NCBI GenBank assembly: GCA_024402895.1
Contig: JAKSSX010000001.1
Coordinates: forward strand, 22,090-86,089
Source: Candidatus Saccharimonadota bacterium
GTDB taxonomy: Bacteria; Patescibacteriota; Saccharimonadia; Saccharimonadales; Saccharimonadaceae
Length of the DNA: 64,000 nt
Direction of reading: 5' to 3'
Shown one piece after another: positions 26,543-35,972 of this stretch. A program made the position numbers and the translations under genes. A model generated the notes under the pieces. It worked only from the letters and a program-made list of their open reading frames with translations, did not search any database and was not told where the DNA came from. Each line of letters begins with the position of its first letter. Position 1 is the stretch's first letter.

Positions 26543-27841
26543 TTATTCTTGGCCAGTTAGCCACTTCCAGAATTGAGTTAGAGGTGGATCGTCGTTTCTT
26601 GGCATATCTTGATTGTCATCTCCGCTCTCTTCAATAGGAGTTTCTTCTTCAGAGGCGCCTTCATAGCTAGGATGAATCTGCTCGCCGTAAACCAAGAGGC
26701 GATACTTTGATGTACCGAGTGGAGTACAGGTGATAAGAGTGATCATAGGTTTGCCTGGGTTATTCTTTGCGATTTCGCGAAGTGATGCGGAATTCGAAGG
26801 ATCGACGGTGCGAGTGCCGGTAACGCGATAAGTGTAGCGCTGACCATTGTAATCGACATAGATGAGGTCGCCGCTACCCATGCGAGTAAGACCAGAGAAG
26901 ATGAATTTGTAATCAGACTGCTGATAGATGTTGCCTGCGGAGTGGCCGGAGATGGCAAAGTTGCCAACCTCGCCAGGTTTTGCGGAAGCGCCGCGAATAG
27001 AGAAGTGGGCGACACCATTGCCCATAGCATTTGCCATGGAGTTTAGATCGTTTTTGGAGCCGAAAACGATTGGAACTTCGACATTAAGCTTCGGAATCAT
27101 GAGAGTTGGTTTCTCGTGGATGTTTGCCGAAACGGTAGGATCGATGGCGGTAATATCGTTTACTTCTGTGCCGCCAGGAGACATGTAGGCGACGGCATTA
27201 GCAATAATGACCTGATTGTACTGGAAAAGAAGACCGAGAATGAGAATAGAAAAACCAATAGCTAGTGGTATGAAATGGCGAGACTTGCGCATTTTCTTGG
27301 CGCGCTTGGCGACTTTTTTCTGGATTCTAGCTTTGAAATCATTCTGCGTAGCTGTGGTTTCTTTGACGGAAGGAGCTTGTGGGGCAGGAGTAGCTGTCGC
27401 GTTAGAAACGATAGCGGCACGTTCCTCGGCTGCTTTTGATTCGCGTTCAGCAATATCTCTTTCGATCTTGAGACGCTCGCGCGCAACATATTCTTTAGCG
27501 GCGCGACCATAATATTCGCCATAGTATTTCTGATAATAATCTTGCCATGCAGAATGATACTTCCGCCAATCCTCGGTTTTAATCTGAGGAGCGGGAGCTT
27601 CTTTGGTTGGTTCGCGATAATTTTGCGGCTGATGTTTGTAGGCTTCTAGAACTTTTTGGCGGGCGATGTTAGCAGCAGTTTGTTGCTGTTTTTGGGCAGC
27701 AGTAGGCTCGGTCGATTTCGGTTTTTGCGCGACCTGACCATTGGCGGCTTTTTGTGCCGCAGCCTGACCCCAAGCATTCCAACTCGGAGGAGTACTAGAT
27801 TGCCCACCATTTTTGTTATCCATTACTTCATATTCTAGCAT
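26543..27841 (-). CDS. sortase (transpeptidase) with long N-terminal cytoplasmic extension
   Basis: Catalytic TLITCTP, ISGHSAG His motif, TM HFIPLAIGFSILILGLLF, and a roughly 185-aa Q/A/K/Y-rich N-terminal region. The exact start is uncertain. Confidence 0.88.
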   Translation of the reverse strand: MLEYEVMDNKNGGQSSTPPSWNAWGQAAAQKAANGQVAQKPKSTEPTAAQKQQQTAANIARQKVLEAYKHQPQNYREPTKEAPAPQIKTEDWRKYHSAWQDYYQKYYGEYYGRAAKEYVARERLKIERDIAERESKAAEERAAIVSNATATPAPQAPSVKETTATQNDFKARIQKKVAKRAKKMRKSRHFIPLAIGFSILILGLLFQYNQVIIANAVAYMSPGGTEVNDITAIDPTVSANIHEKPTLMIPKLNVEVPIVFGSKNDLNSMANAMGNGVAHFSIRGASAKPGEVGNFAISGHSAGNIYQQSDYKFIFSGLTRMGSGDLIYVDYNGQRYTYRVTGTRTVDPSNSASLREIAKNNPGKPMITLITCTPLGTSKYRLLVYGEQIHPSYEGASEEETPIEESGDDNQDMPRNDDPPLTQFWKWLTGQE

Positions 27842-27883
27842 ATAGGGAGTTTTTATGCTAAACTATTATTATATTTCTACTGC

Positions 27884-27970
27884 GGGCGAGTGGTGGAATT
27901 GGTAGACACGCTAGACTCAAAATCTTGTGACAGCAATGTCGTGAGGGTTCAAGTCCCTCCTCGCCCACCA
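27884..27970 (+). tRNA. tRNA-Leu (anticodon CAA)
   Basis: Acceptor GGGCGAG/CTCGCCC, anticodon loop CTCAAAA, long variable arm, T-loop GGTTCAAGTCC, encoded CCA. Confidence 0.9.
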
Positions 27971-27978
27971 ATAAAGAA

Positions 27979-28000
27979 AACACCGAAAGGTGTCTTTTTT
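27979..28000 (+). terminator. terminator after tRNA-Leu
   Basis: ACACC gaaa GGTGT followed by TTTTTT. Confidence 0.6.
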
Positions 28001-28002
28001 GT

Positions 28003-28036
28003 TATAAAAAATAACCCCTCCGAAGAGGGGAATTTT
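28003..28036 (-). terminator. terminator of the 28037-29548 gene
   Basis: CCCCTC cgaa GAGGGG, with the T-run on the minus strand. Confidence 0.75.
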
Positions 28037-29548
28037 TTATAGTAGGGCTTTGCGTTTTAGAATAAACTTCGTTACGGTTTCTGGCGTATTTACGACGTCT
28101 GAATCGGAAGGTGTATCTTTGTCAGTTTCTTTAACGACTTCTTGTTCGACCATGTCGAAGAAGTAGAGCCATTTATTATTTTCGGTAATGATGACCGGGA
28201 GTTGATTGCTGACGTTGGAGATAATTTTACGGCGATTATAACCGTCAAAGTCACGAATAATAATAGAACTATCTACGTTTTGCCAGAGAATATAATCGTC
28301 GATCCAGTTGATGTTGGAAAGTGTAGCGGTAAGCTCCGTATCGAAGTAATCTTTTGTCTCGATATCGTAGCTAGTCATCTTGTTGTCGCCAGCAAATACG
28401 GCGATACGCTGGCTTGCGTTAACGGAGAGATGCTGAGGAATGTAATCGAGTTCTCGATCGAGGCGTGATTTTAGTTTTGAAACTTCATTTTTGCCGTAGG
28501 AAGGGTATTTGCCGCCTAGGATATGAATCTTCTTATCTGTGCTATAAGCAATCCAATCCTCATTCCAATAGGAACCCATTGCTAATTTGATAGTGGTTTC
28601 GTCGGTAGCTTTTTCGAGCTTCACGATAGAAGTATAGCCTTTTTCGCCGTCTTTATAGATATTGAGATGGCGGACGTCGTTTTCGATATTAACAAAGGCA
28701 ACGGTATCGCGATTATGTGCGACTTTTTCAAGATTTGACGCAATGGCACTAGAAATCGTTAAGCTGCTAGCGTCGATTAGGCGAAGATTGCCACTTTCGA
28801 GTGCCCAAAGTTTGCTTGCTGAATCGTTCGCAATTAGGATGCTATCGAAAGAAAGATTGAAACGTTTGCTAAGATTGATGCTCGCATCGCTATGTTCGAG
28901 GTCAATAAGATGCCAACTAGTTTTATCATCTACGGTCCATTTGGCGATAATTTTGGAGTTGTTTTCATTCCAGGCGACGATAGAGATAGTACCTTCGATT
29001 GCTTTAATAGCGGTAGTGCTGAGGCAATCATTGAGGTTGGACTTTGTAGTCTTAAGGCTATCGCCTTGAATATCAATATACTGTAAAGTATTGCTGCCGT
29101 TTTCGATAAGAACGAGTTTCTTGCGATTAGCAGAGAAAGCAGCTAAACGAGTGTCATTGAAAGTCTGAACTTTTTCGAACTTTGCCTTCTTAGGGAAGAG
29201 GCGGATCCATTCGACGCGAGTGAGAAGACCGGCGTCAACTTTGAGGTCTTTGGTCCAAGTATCATAGTCTTGCTTTGAAACTGAGATTTTATGTGTGCCG
29301 GCGCTAATCATCTTGCTGAATTCGGTATGACCGAACTGAGTATCGCCGTCAATTGTAACATTGGCACCGGAAGGGTGTGAGACAAGTTGAGCGAGACCGG
29401 CCTGTTCGAGACTGCCGGATTCAGTAAAAGTAAAGCCCATAGCTATCATCATTAAAATAAAGACAATTGCGACTACGGAAATACACATAAAAATGTTTGT
29501 CGCAATAACGCGAAGGTCGCGCATATGTTTGGATTTAGATCGGTTCAT
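28037..29548 (-). CDS. membrane-anchored PEGA-domain protein with large beta-rich ectodomain
   Basis: N-terminal TM. SHPSGANVTIDGDTQFGHTEF...GTHKISVSKQDYDTW matches the PEGA pattern. Confidence 0.7.
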   Translation of the reverse strand: MNRSKSKHMRDLRVIATNIFMCISVVAIVFILMMIAMGFTFTESGSLEQAGLAQLVSHPSGANVTIDGDTQFGHTEFSKMISAGTHKISVSKQDYDTWTKDLKVDAGLLTRVEWIRLFPKKAKFEKVQTFNDTRLAAFSANRKKLVLIENGSNTLQYIDIQGDSLKTTKSNLNDCLSTTAIKAIEGTISIVAWNENNSKIIAKWTVDDKTSWHLIDLEHSDASINLSKRFNLSFDSILIANDSASKLWALESGNLRLIDASSLTISSAIASNLEKVAHNRDTVAFVNIENDVRHLNIYKDGEKGYTSIVKLEKATDETTIKLAMGSYWNEDWIAYSTDKKIHILGGKYPSYGKNEVSKLKSRLDRELDYIPQHLSVNASQRIAVFAGDNKMTSYDIETKDYFDTELTATLSNINWIDDYILWQNVDSSIIIRDFDGYNRRKIISNVSNQLPVIITENNKWLYFFDMVEQEVVKETDKDTPSDSDVVNTPETVTKFILKRKALL

Positions 29549-29636
29549 AAACTACGTAATATTATAGCATATAAAATGCTTATGGTTGGCGTTTAAAAAT
29601 AAGATAAAAACATTGAACAAATATTTTAAAATGCTA

Positions 29637-29665
29637 TTGATTCCTGTATGCTTATGTTTTAAACT
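29637..29665 (+). promoter_or_regulatory. sigma70-like promoter
   Basis: TTGATT, 17-nt spacer, TAAACT, upstream of 29693. Confidence 0.45.
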
Positions 29666-29692
29666 AACATTAGCAGAATTAAGTGAGGTAGT

Positions 29693-30742
29693 ATGGAAGA
29701 GGTAAAAGTTCGAGTTAGTAAAGCGTCTGGTGCTAAGAATGCTAGCGCTGTCAACAAACGCCGTCTTCAGAGTTCTACCACTTTAAATCGTCGTTTTGTA
29801 AAGAAGCCTACACCAGTTCCAAGGATTAAAGCATCTGCAGGTGCGGCCTCTCGTACGTTGAAGGCGCAGGGTCAGAGGCGCGCTTTGATGGCTAAGGGTC
29901 AGGTGCGTTTGCAGCCGGTTGAGGCTCAGCAACAGCAAGCTACTGAGATTACTCAGCAGACCGAAAAAGTTATTCAGCAGGCAACCAAGCAATTAGGCGA
30001 ACAAAAAGTTCAAAGCAAAATTGCGTCTCGCGCGGCTTCTAGCACTGTATCATTGAGAGATTTAGCTTCCGTCAGAGTAAAGGATGTTGAGACGATTGAT
30101 CCAGCTCAGGAATCTAGAGTTGCTAGGGTTGCTAAGGCACGTATGGCAGCACGTAAAGCGGAGGCTCCTAAGGCTCTAACTGCTCAGGAATTGAAAGATC
30201 GCGCTATTCAGCAGGCCCTTCGTAAAGTTTCAACTATGGAAGAGGAAGCTACGGCAAGCCATAAGACAAAGCAGCGTTTTTGGCAGAGAAAAGGTTTCGC
30301 GCTTGCGGCTTCCATGGCAGTCATTTCGCTAGCTATTTTAGGTTATCTAGTGAGTGTTAATTTGCCAGATATTTCGGTTCGCGTAGCAGCAATGCATAGT
30401 GGTATTGAGAAAGCGTATCCTAGCTATGTTCCGGCAAATTATCGTCTTGATGGTTTAGTTCAGGAAAATAATGGCCGTATTACGATGGCATTCAAGAATG
30501 ATCGCGATCAGAAGTTTACGCTTATGGAAGAGAAATCATCTTGGGATTCTTCAGCGGTATTATCGAATTATGTCGCAAAGAACTGGGGCGCGAGCTATTC
30601 AATTGCTAAAGGTCAGGGCTTAACTATTTACGTATCTGGTTCCAATGCGGCTTGGGTAAATGGCGGCGTCTTCTACGTTATCATTGACGATACGAATTCT
30701 TTGTCCGCTAGCGACCTACACGATATTGCGGTAAGTCTATAG
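29693..30742 (+). CDS. membrane-anchored protein with basic/Q-rich N-terminus
   Basis: GAGGT Shine-Dalgarno, one TM (FALAASMAVISLAILGYLV), and a roughly 130-aa C-terminal ectodomain. Confidence 0.65.
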   Translation: MEEVKVRVSKASGAKNASAVNKRRLQSSTTLNRRFVKKPTPVPRIKASAGAASRTLKAQGQRRALMAKGQVRLQPVEAQQQQATEITQQTEKVIQQATKQLGEQKVQSKIASRAASSTVSLRDLASVRVKDVETIDPAQESRVARVAKARMAARKAEAPKALTAQELKDRAIQQALRKVSTMEEEATASHKTKQRFWQRKGFALAASMAVISLAILGYLVSVNLPDISVRVAAMHSGIEKAYPSYVPANYRLDGLVQENNGRITMAFKNDRDQKFTLMEEKSSWDSSAVLSNYVAKNWGASYSIAKGQGLTIYVSGSNAAWVNGGVFYVIIDDTNSLSASDLHDIAVSL

Positions 30743-30748
30743 AGTATA

Positions 30749-30776
30749 AAACAGAGGTGAGAACCTCTGTTTTTTG
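30749..30776 (+). terminator. intrinsic terminator
   Basis: ACAGAGGT gaga ACCTCTGT followed by TTTTT. Confidence 0.85.
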
Positions 30777-30809
30777 TGTTAAAATTATTATAAGTATTTT
30801 GGAGGTAAT

Positions 30810-32069
30810 ATGATTAATTTTAGGTGTGATTACGGAAAGATTATTTCCGCCGAAGAGCTTGAAGAGCGCGTTTCTGTGACGAGACAGTATGTTGCTCGCG
30901 CTCAGCAGGATGATTTTGGTGGTTGGGTAGATTTGCCAATTAGCTACAATCGCGACGAATTTGCTCGCATTAAAGTTGCGGCAGAAAAAATTAATTCCGA
31001 CTCGGATTACCTCGTTTGTATTGGCATTGGTGGTAGTTATCTCGGTCATCGCGCAGTAATTGAAGCTTTGGGTGGCGAACGTGGTCGTACAAGAATCATT
31101 TATGCTGGTAATTCTTTGAGCGCTCGTGGCTTAAAGAAAATTATTGAGCAGATTGGAGATGCTGATTTCTCGATCAATGTTATCTCTAAATCTGGTACTA
31201 CAACTGAACCTGCGGTTGCATTTCGCGTATTAAAGCAGCTTTTGGACAATAAGTATGGTGAAGAAGCTGCTGCTGGCCGTATTTACGCTACGACCGATGC
31301 TAATAAGGGCGCGCTTCATGACGAAGCGGTTGCTAAGGGTTATGCAACTTTTGTGGTTCCAGATAATATTGGCGGACGTTATTCTGTCTTGACTGCAGTT
31401 GGTCTTCTCGCAATTGCTACGGCTGGTATTAATATTGACAAGCTAATGGATGGCGCAGAAGAAGAGCGTGCTTCGCTAATTTCTGATGGCGGCAAAGCGG
31501 CTGACTATGCAGTTTTGCGTAACGTTATGCTTGAAAAAGGTTATAACATCGAAGTTCTAGCAAACTTTGAGCCTAACTTCATGTATTTTAATGAATGGTG
31601 GAAGCAGTTGTTTGGCGAAAGCGAAGGAAAAGAGAACAAGGGCATTTTCCCGGCAAGCGTCGTTTATTCAACCGATCTTCATTCGATGGGTCAGTATATG
31701 CAGGAGGGTCGTCGCGCAATTTTTGAGACTTTTGTTGAGGTTGCTGGTGATTTCGAAGGCGTTAAGGTTCCAGCTTTGGCTGAAAATTTGGATGGTTTGC
31801 AGTATCTAGAAGGCAAAGAACTCGATAATATTTGCAAAGTTGCAACTCAGGCAACGCGTGAAGCGCATGCGAATGGCAGCGTTCCAATTATGCGCATCGT
31901 AATTCCAGATATTGATGAGCGTTCCATTGGTGCATTGATTTACTTCTTTGAAATGTCTTGCGCCCTAAGTGCATTTACTCTTGGCGTTAATCCATTTAAT
32001 CAGCCGGGAGTTGAGGCTTATAAAGTCCGCATGTTTGAGCTATTAGGTAAACCTGGATATAATAATTAA
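30810..32069 (+). CDS. pgi: glucose-6-phosphate isomerase (short bacterial type)
   Basis: IGIGGSYLG and ISKSGTTTEP motifs. GGAGG Shine-Dalgarno. Confidence 0.93.
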   Translation: MINFRCDYGKIISAEELEERVSVTRQYVARAQQDDFGGWVDLPISYNRDEFARIKVAAEKINSDSDYLVCIGIGGSYLGHRAVIEALGGERGRTRIIYAGNSLSARGLKKIIEQIGDADFSINVISKSGTTTEPAVAFRVLKQLLDNKYGEEAAAGRIYATTDANKGALHDEAVAKGYATFVVPDNIGGRYSVLTAVGLLAIATAGINIDKLMDGAEEERASLISDGGKAADYAVLRNVMLEKGYNIEVLANFEPNFMYFNEWWKQLFGESEGKENKGIFPASVVYSTDLHSMGQYMQEGRRAIFETFVEVAGDFEGVKVPALAENLDGLQYLEGKELDNICKVATQATREAHANGSVPIMRIVIPDIDERSIGALIYFFEMSCALSAFTLGVNPFNQPGVEAYKVRMFELLGKPGYNN

Positions 32070-32070
32070 A

Positions 32071-32538
32071 ATGTTTTGGGATCTCATAAAAGTTTTTCTA
32101 GTCTCGATGGTGCCATTGATTGAGCTTCGTGGTGCTATTCCGATGTCGCAATTAATGCATTTGCCGATAATTCCGTCTTACATTGTAAGTATTATTGGTA
32201 ACATGTTGCCTGTGCCGTTTATTTATCTTTTTGCAGCTAGATTGCTTGAATGGGGTAAAGATAAGAAGCTTATTGGCAAGTTTTGCTCTTGGTGTCTAAA
32301 GAAAGGGCATCGTGCAGGTAAAAAACTTTCAGAGAAAGCGGGCGAAAAAGGCGCTTTCATTGCATTGCTTCTGTTTGTAGGTATTCCGCTTCCTGGTACT
32401 GGTGCTTGGACTGGTACATTGGCGGCAAGTTTCCTTGGTATTGGTTTTAAGAAATCAACACTCGCGATTATGCTAGGTGTGCTATTGGCTGGTATTATCA
32501 TGATGGTCGCTAGCGCATGTGGAGTTGCATTACTATGA
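32071..32538 (+). CDS. small membrane protein, COG2426 / small multidrug-export-like
   Basis: IELRGAIP motif and four TM spans. Confidence 0.55.
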   Translation: MFWDLIKVFLVSMVPLIELRGAIPMSQLMHLPIIPSYIVSIIGNMLPVPFIYLFAARLLEWGKDKKLIGKFCSWCLKKGHRAGKKLSEKAGEKGAFIALLLFVGIPLPGTGAWTGTLAASFLGIGFKKSTLAIMLGVLLAGIIMMVASACGVALL

Positions 32539-33383
32539 CGGTAGAGAAAAAGACCGAGAAGAAGACGGCTGTTAAGAAAGTGGTCGCCAAAAAGGCTATA
32601 AAAGAAAAAACGCCAAGATTTAAGAATTCCGTAAAGGGAAAGAATAATAGGCCAGAACTTAAAGTGTCTCGTGGTTATTTTGCTTTTTCGATTATTACGA
32701 TGATGTCGGAACTGCTAGTAATAATTGTTCTAACTATGGCGCTAACTTCGATTGGTAATGGTCCTAAGTATGTAATGGATAATGCTGGTAACATAACAAA
32801 AGTTCGCGAAGATAAGCCGGTAAAGAACGGCACTATTCTTGAAACTGATAGAGTTGTAGGCAATCCAGATTCTAAGGTTGCATTCATTTGGTATGTCGAT
32901 ATGCAGTGTCCGGCATGTGCTCAGATGGCTCCACTCGTTAATGAACTTTATTCTCGTTATGGTGATCGGGTCGCATTTGCAACGCGTTATCTAGAAATTT
33001 CTGGCCATAATTATACTCGTCCAGCAACTATAGCCGTCGAAGCGGCAAGGCGCCAGGGATACTTCTGGGTTATGCTCATGGAAATGTTCGAGCAGAGAGG
33101 TGAATGGGCTTACGTAAATAGTAATGAGATGCTGACGGAGCGTTTTGAGAAGATTTTTGTTGACGCTACTGACGGTAAGGGTGATTTAGCCAAATTTGCT
33201 GCAGATATGGCAGACGAATCGATTGCTTCAGTTATTGATATTGATAGAAGAATGGTAATTGAGGACAGTCTAAACTTTACGCCTACGATTATTATTGATG
33301 GTATGAATATTGACTTTGCTGGTGGCTCCGAGAGTGTGGTTGATATGTTTACAAAAGCTATCGACGAAGCATTAGCGAAATAG
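32535..33383 (+). CDS. membrane-anchored DsbA-like thiol:disulfide oxidoreductase
   Basis: N-terminal TM, CPACAQ active site, thioredoxin-fold pattern (TPTIIIDG). Confidence 0.8.
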   Translation: MTVEKKTEKKTAVKKVVAKKAIKEKTPRFKNSVKGKNNRPELKVSRGYFAFSIITMMSELLVIIVLTMALTSIGNGPKYVMDNAGNITKVREDKPVKNGTILETDRVVGNPDSKVAFIWYVDMQCPACAQMAPLVNELYSRYGDRVAFATRYLEISGHNYTRPATIAVEAARRQGYFWVMLMEMFEQRGEWAYVNSNEMLTERFEKIFVDATDGKGDLAKFAADMADESIASVIDIDRRMVIEDSLNFTPTIIIDGMNIDFAGGSESVVDMFTKAIDEALAK

Positions 33384-33408
33384 TCTCGCTTTTGATATCA
33401 TAATTGGT

Positions 33409-34182
33409 ATGAATGAACAAAAAACTAAGTCTCATACCGGTGCGATTATTGCGATTATTGCTTCTAGTATCGTAATTGCTTCGGCTATTGTTGCTTTGGC
33501 ATTATTGTTGCCAAAGTCTACTTCGGGTGAAAATAAAGATGGCGATACATCGTCGCTCAACAAAAAAGATGAACCTACTGAGCCTATTGCGAGTGATGAC
33601 GATAATGCAGGCATTATTGCGCCGAGCAGCGAAAATGGTAATATTGGTGATCATGTTCGCGGTAAACGTGATTCGAAGGTATTGGTTGTCGAGTATGCCG
33701 ATCCTCAATGTCCAGGTTGCGCATCAATGATGCCAAAGATGGATTCGATCTATGAAAAATATAAGGATAAGGTTGCTTTTGTTTACAGACACTATCCTCT
33801 CGCGATGCATCAGAATGCTGAATCTGCAGCTATTGCAATTGAGGCGGCCGGTCAGCAGGGCTATTTCTGGGAGATGTTAGAGTTAGTATTTAGTAAACGT
33901 AGTAGCTGGATTTCATTGAGTAGTAACACATCGCTAACGAATGCTTATAGTAAGCTATTTAAGGAAGCTTCTAATAATAAAGGCGACGTTGATAAATTTG
34001 AGAAAAGTTTAGGCGATTCAGAACTTAAAACTAAGGTTAGCTTCGATAAGAAGAAGGGCATGGAAGATGAGTTATCATATACGCCAACAATCTTAGTAAA
34101 CGGCGAAGAAGTCGACTTTACAAGTAGTAGCAATCCTCAAAAAGTAATTGAAGATGCTATTAAAAAAGCATTAAACAAATAA
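33409..34182 (+). CDS. membrane-anchored DsbA-like thiol:disulfide oxidoreductase (paralogue)
   Basis: CPGCAS active site. QGYFWEML and TPTILVNG are shared with the upstream gene. Confidence 0.8.
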   Translation: MNEQKTKSHTGAIIAIIASSIVIASAIVALALLLPKSTSGENKDGDTSSLNKKDEPTEPIASDDDNAGIIAPSSENGNIGDHVRGKRDSKVLVVEYADPQCPGCASMMPKMDSIYEKYKDKVAFVYRHYPLAMHQNAESAAIAIEAAGQQGYFWEMLELVFSKRSSWISLSSNTSLTNAYSKLFKEASNNKGDVDKFEKSLGDSELKTKVSFDKKKGMEDELSYTPTILVNGEEVDFTSSSNPQKVIEDAIKKALNK

Positions 34183-34207
34183 AAAATCCCCCGCGAGGGG
34201 GATTTTT
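34181..34207. terminator. bidirectional terminator
   Basis: ATCCCCC gcga GGGGGAT, with flanking A-runs and T-runs. Confidence 0.85.
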
Positions 34208-34211
34208 GTGA

Positions 34212-35504
34212 CTAGCGCTTGAATGGATTATTAAGAGCGAGTGTTGTGTTTGCTTCTGCGATGCGCATAAGTTCATTGTACTTAGCGATGCGCTCGGAGC
34301 GGCTGAGGGAACCAGTCTTAATCTGACCAGTACCAAGGCCAACTGCAAGATGAGAGATAGTAGTATCTTCAGTTTCGCCGGAGCGGTGAGACATTACGCA
34401 ATTGTAGCCATTCTTCTTTGCGAGAAGGACTGCATCGATAGTTTCAGTAAGGGAACCAATCTGGTTTGGTTTGATAAGGATTGCATTGCCTGCGCCCATA
34501 TCGATACCTTTTTGGAGAAGTTTGCTGTTGGTTACGAATAGGTCGTCGCCGACTAGCTGAATCTTGTTGCCGAAGCGATCGGTAAGCATCTTCCAGCCGT
34601 CCCAGTCGTTTTCGCCAAGACCGTCTTCGATAGAAACTACAGGGAAGTTATCGATAATCCACTGATACCAGTTTGCTAGATCTTCGCTAGACTTCCAGTC
34701 GCCATTGGTCTTTAGCTCATAATGGTCGCCAGTTGCGAATTCGGAGCTTGCGACATCCATAGCGATACAAATATCGTCGCCGAGGCGATAGCCGGCTGCT
34801 TCGATTGCGAGCTTAATGAGCTCTAGTGGCTCGTTGTTGCCATCTTTGACGCGTGGAGCGTAGCCGCCTTCGTCGCCAACGGTAGTAACATAATCACGTT
34901 CTTTAAGAATCTTTGCGAGAGAATGGAAGACCTCTGCGCCCATGCGAACTGCTTCTGCGATGCTGGTTGCGCTTGCAGAGATAATCATGTATTCCTGGAA
35001 GTCGGTTGACCAGCCAGCGTGTGCGCCACCGTTCATGACATTCATCATTGGCATTGGGAGGCACATCTGATCGGTGGTGCCGGCAATTTCTGCTACATAT
35101 TCATAGAAACGCATACCTTTTGCGTGCGCAACTGCTTTTGCGGTTGCGAGGGAAACAGCGAGAATTGCGTTTGCGCCGAGATTGGATTTGTTTTCAGTGC
35201 CATCAAGATCAAGCATGAGCTGATCGATAGAGCGCTGGTCTGCTGCATCGTTACCGATAAGGACATCAGCGATTTTGTTGTTTACGTTCCAAACAGCCTT
35301 AAGAACACCCTTGCCGCAGTAACGTTCTTTGTCGCCGTCGCGGAGTTCGAGAGCTTCGCCAGCACCAGTTGATGCGCCGGATGGAACTGCTGCGCGACCT
35401 GCGTGGCCACTTTCTAAGATGACGTCTGCTTCGACGGTAGGATTACCACGAGAGTCGAGAATCTGACGCGCGTGGATATATTTGATATTTGTATTTGCTT
35501 GCAT
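34212..35504 (-). CDS. eno: enolase
   Basis: [25 protein letters not shown] and IKTGS motifs. Confidence 0.97.
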   Translation of the reverse strand: MQANTNIKYIHARQILDSRGNPTVEADVILESGHAGRAAVPSGASTGAGEALELRDGDKERYCGKGVLKAVWNVNNKIADVLIGNDAADQRSIDQLMLDLDGTENKSNLGANAILAVSLATAKAVAHAKGMRFYEYVAEIAGTTDQMCLPMPMMNVMNGGAHAGWSTDFQEYMIISASATSIAEAVRMGAEVFHSLAKILKERDYVTTVGDEGGYAPRVKDGNNEPLELIKLAIEAAGYRLGDDICIAMDVASSEFATGDHYELKTNGDWKSSEDLANWYQWIIDNFPVVSIEDGLGENDWDGWKMLTDRFGNKIQLVGDDLFVTNSKLLQKGIDMGAGNAILIKPNQIGSLTETIDAVLLAKKNGYNCVMSHRSGETEDTTISHLAVGLGTGQIKTGSLSRSERIAKYNELMRIAEANTTLALNNPFKR

Positions 35505-35621
35505 ATATTTGATGCCTTTCTCCCTTAATATAACAAAAGCGTATTGAAATAATTATAGCACGAGCGGAATGTTTTATGTTAATATTAAACAAAAGCATAT
35601 TAAAGGAGGGCTATTTTAATC

Positions 35622-35972
35622 ATGGCTACAAAAAAGCCAGCAGCGAAGAAAACCAGCGCTGTAAAAAAGACTTCCAGTGCAGCTAAGAGCGGCAGTACTG
35701 CGAAGAAGGGTAGCAGCATCGCATCCAAGGCTAGGATGATCTATGCTGAAAAACATCCCGAAAAGCACCAGGCAACTGGTAAATATAAATTTTTCTACAT
35801 CTTATTTGCATGTACGACTTTGTTCTTTGCTGCATTGTCAGTAGAGCTCTTCGTAATTGCTAGCGAAGTAGAGAGCAAATATGAAACTATAGAATCTTGT
35901 ACGCGTGCGCACACTAAATGTAATGTACGCCTAGAAGATGGCAATATTAATGTTGAAGGAAGTGAGGAATAA
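35622..35972 (+). CDS. small membrane protein with AKK-rich N-terminus
   Basis: GGAGGG Shine-Dalgarno, K/A/S-rich 50 aa, then one TM. Confidence 0.55.
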   Translation: MATKKPAAKKTSAVKKTSSAAKSGSTAKKGSSIASKARMIYAEKHPEKHQATGKYKFFYILFACTTLFFAALSVELFVIASEVESKYETIESCTRAHTKCNVRLEDGNINVEGSEE

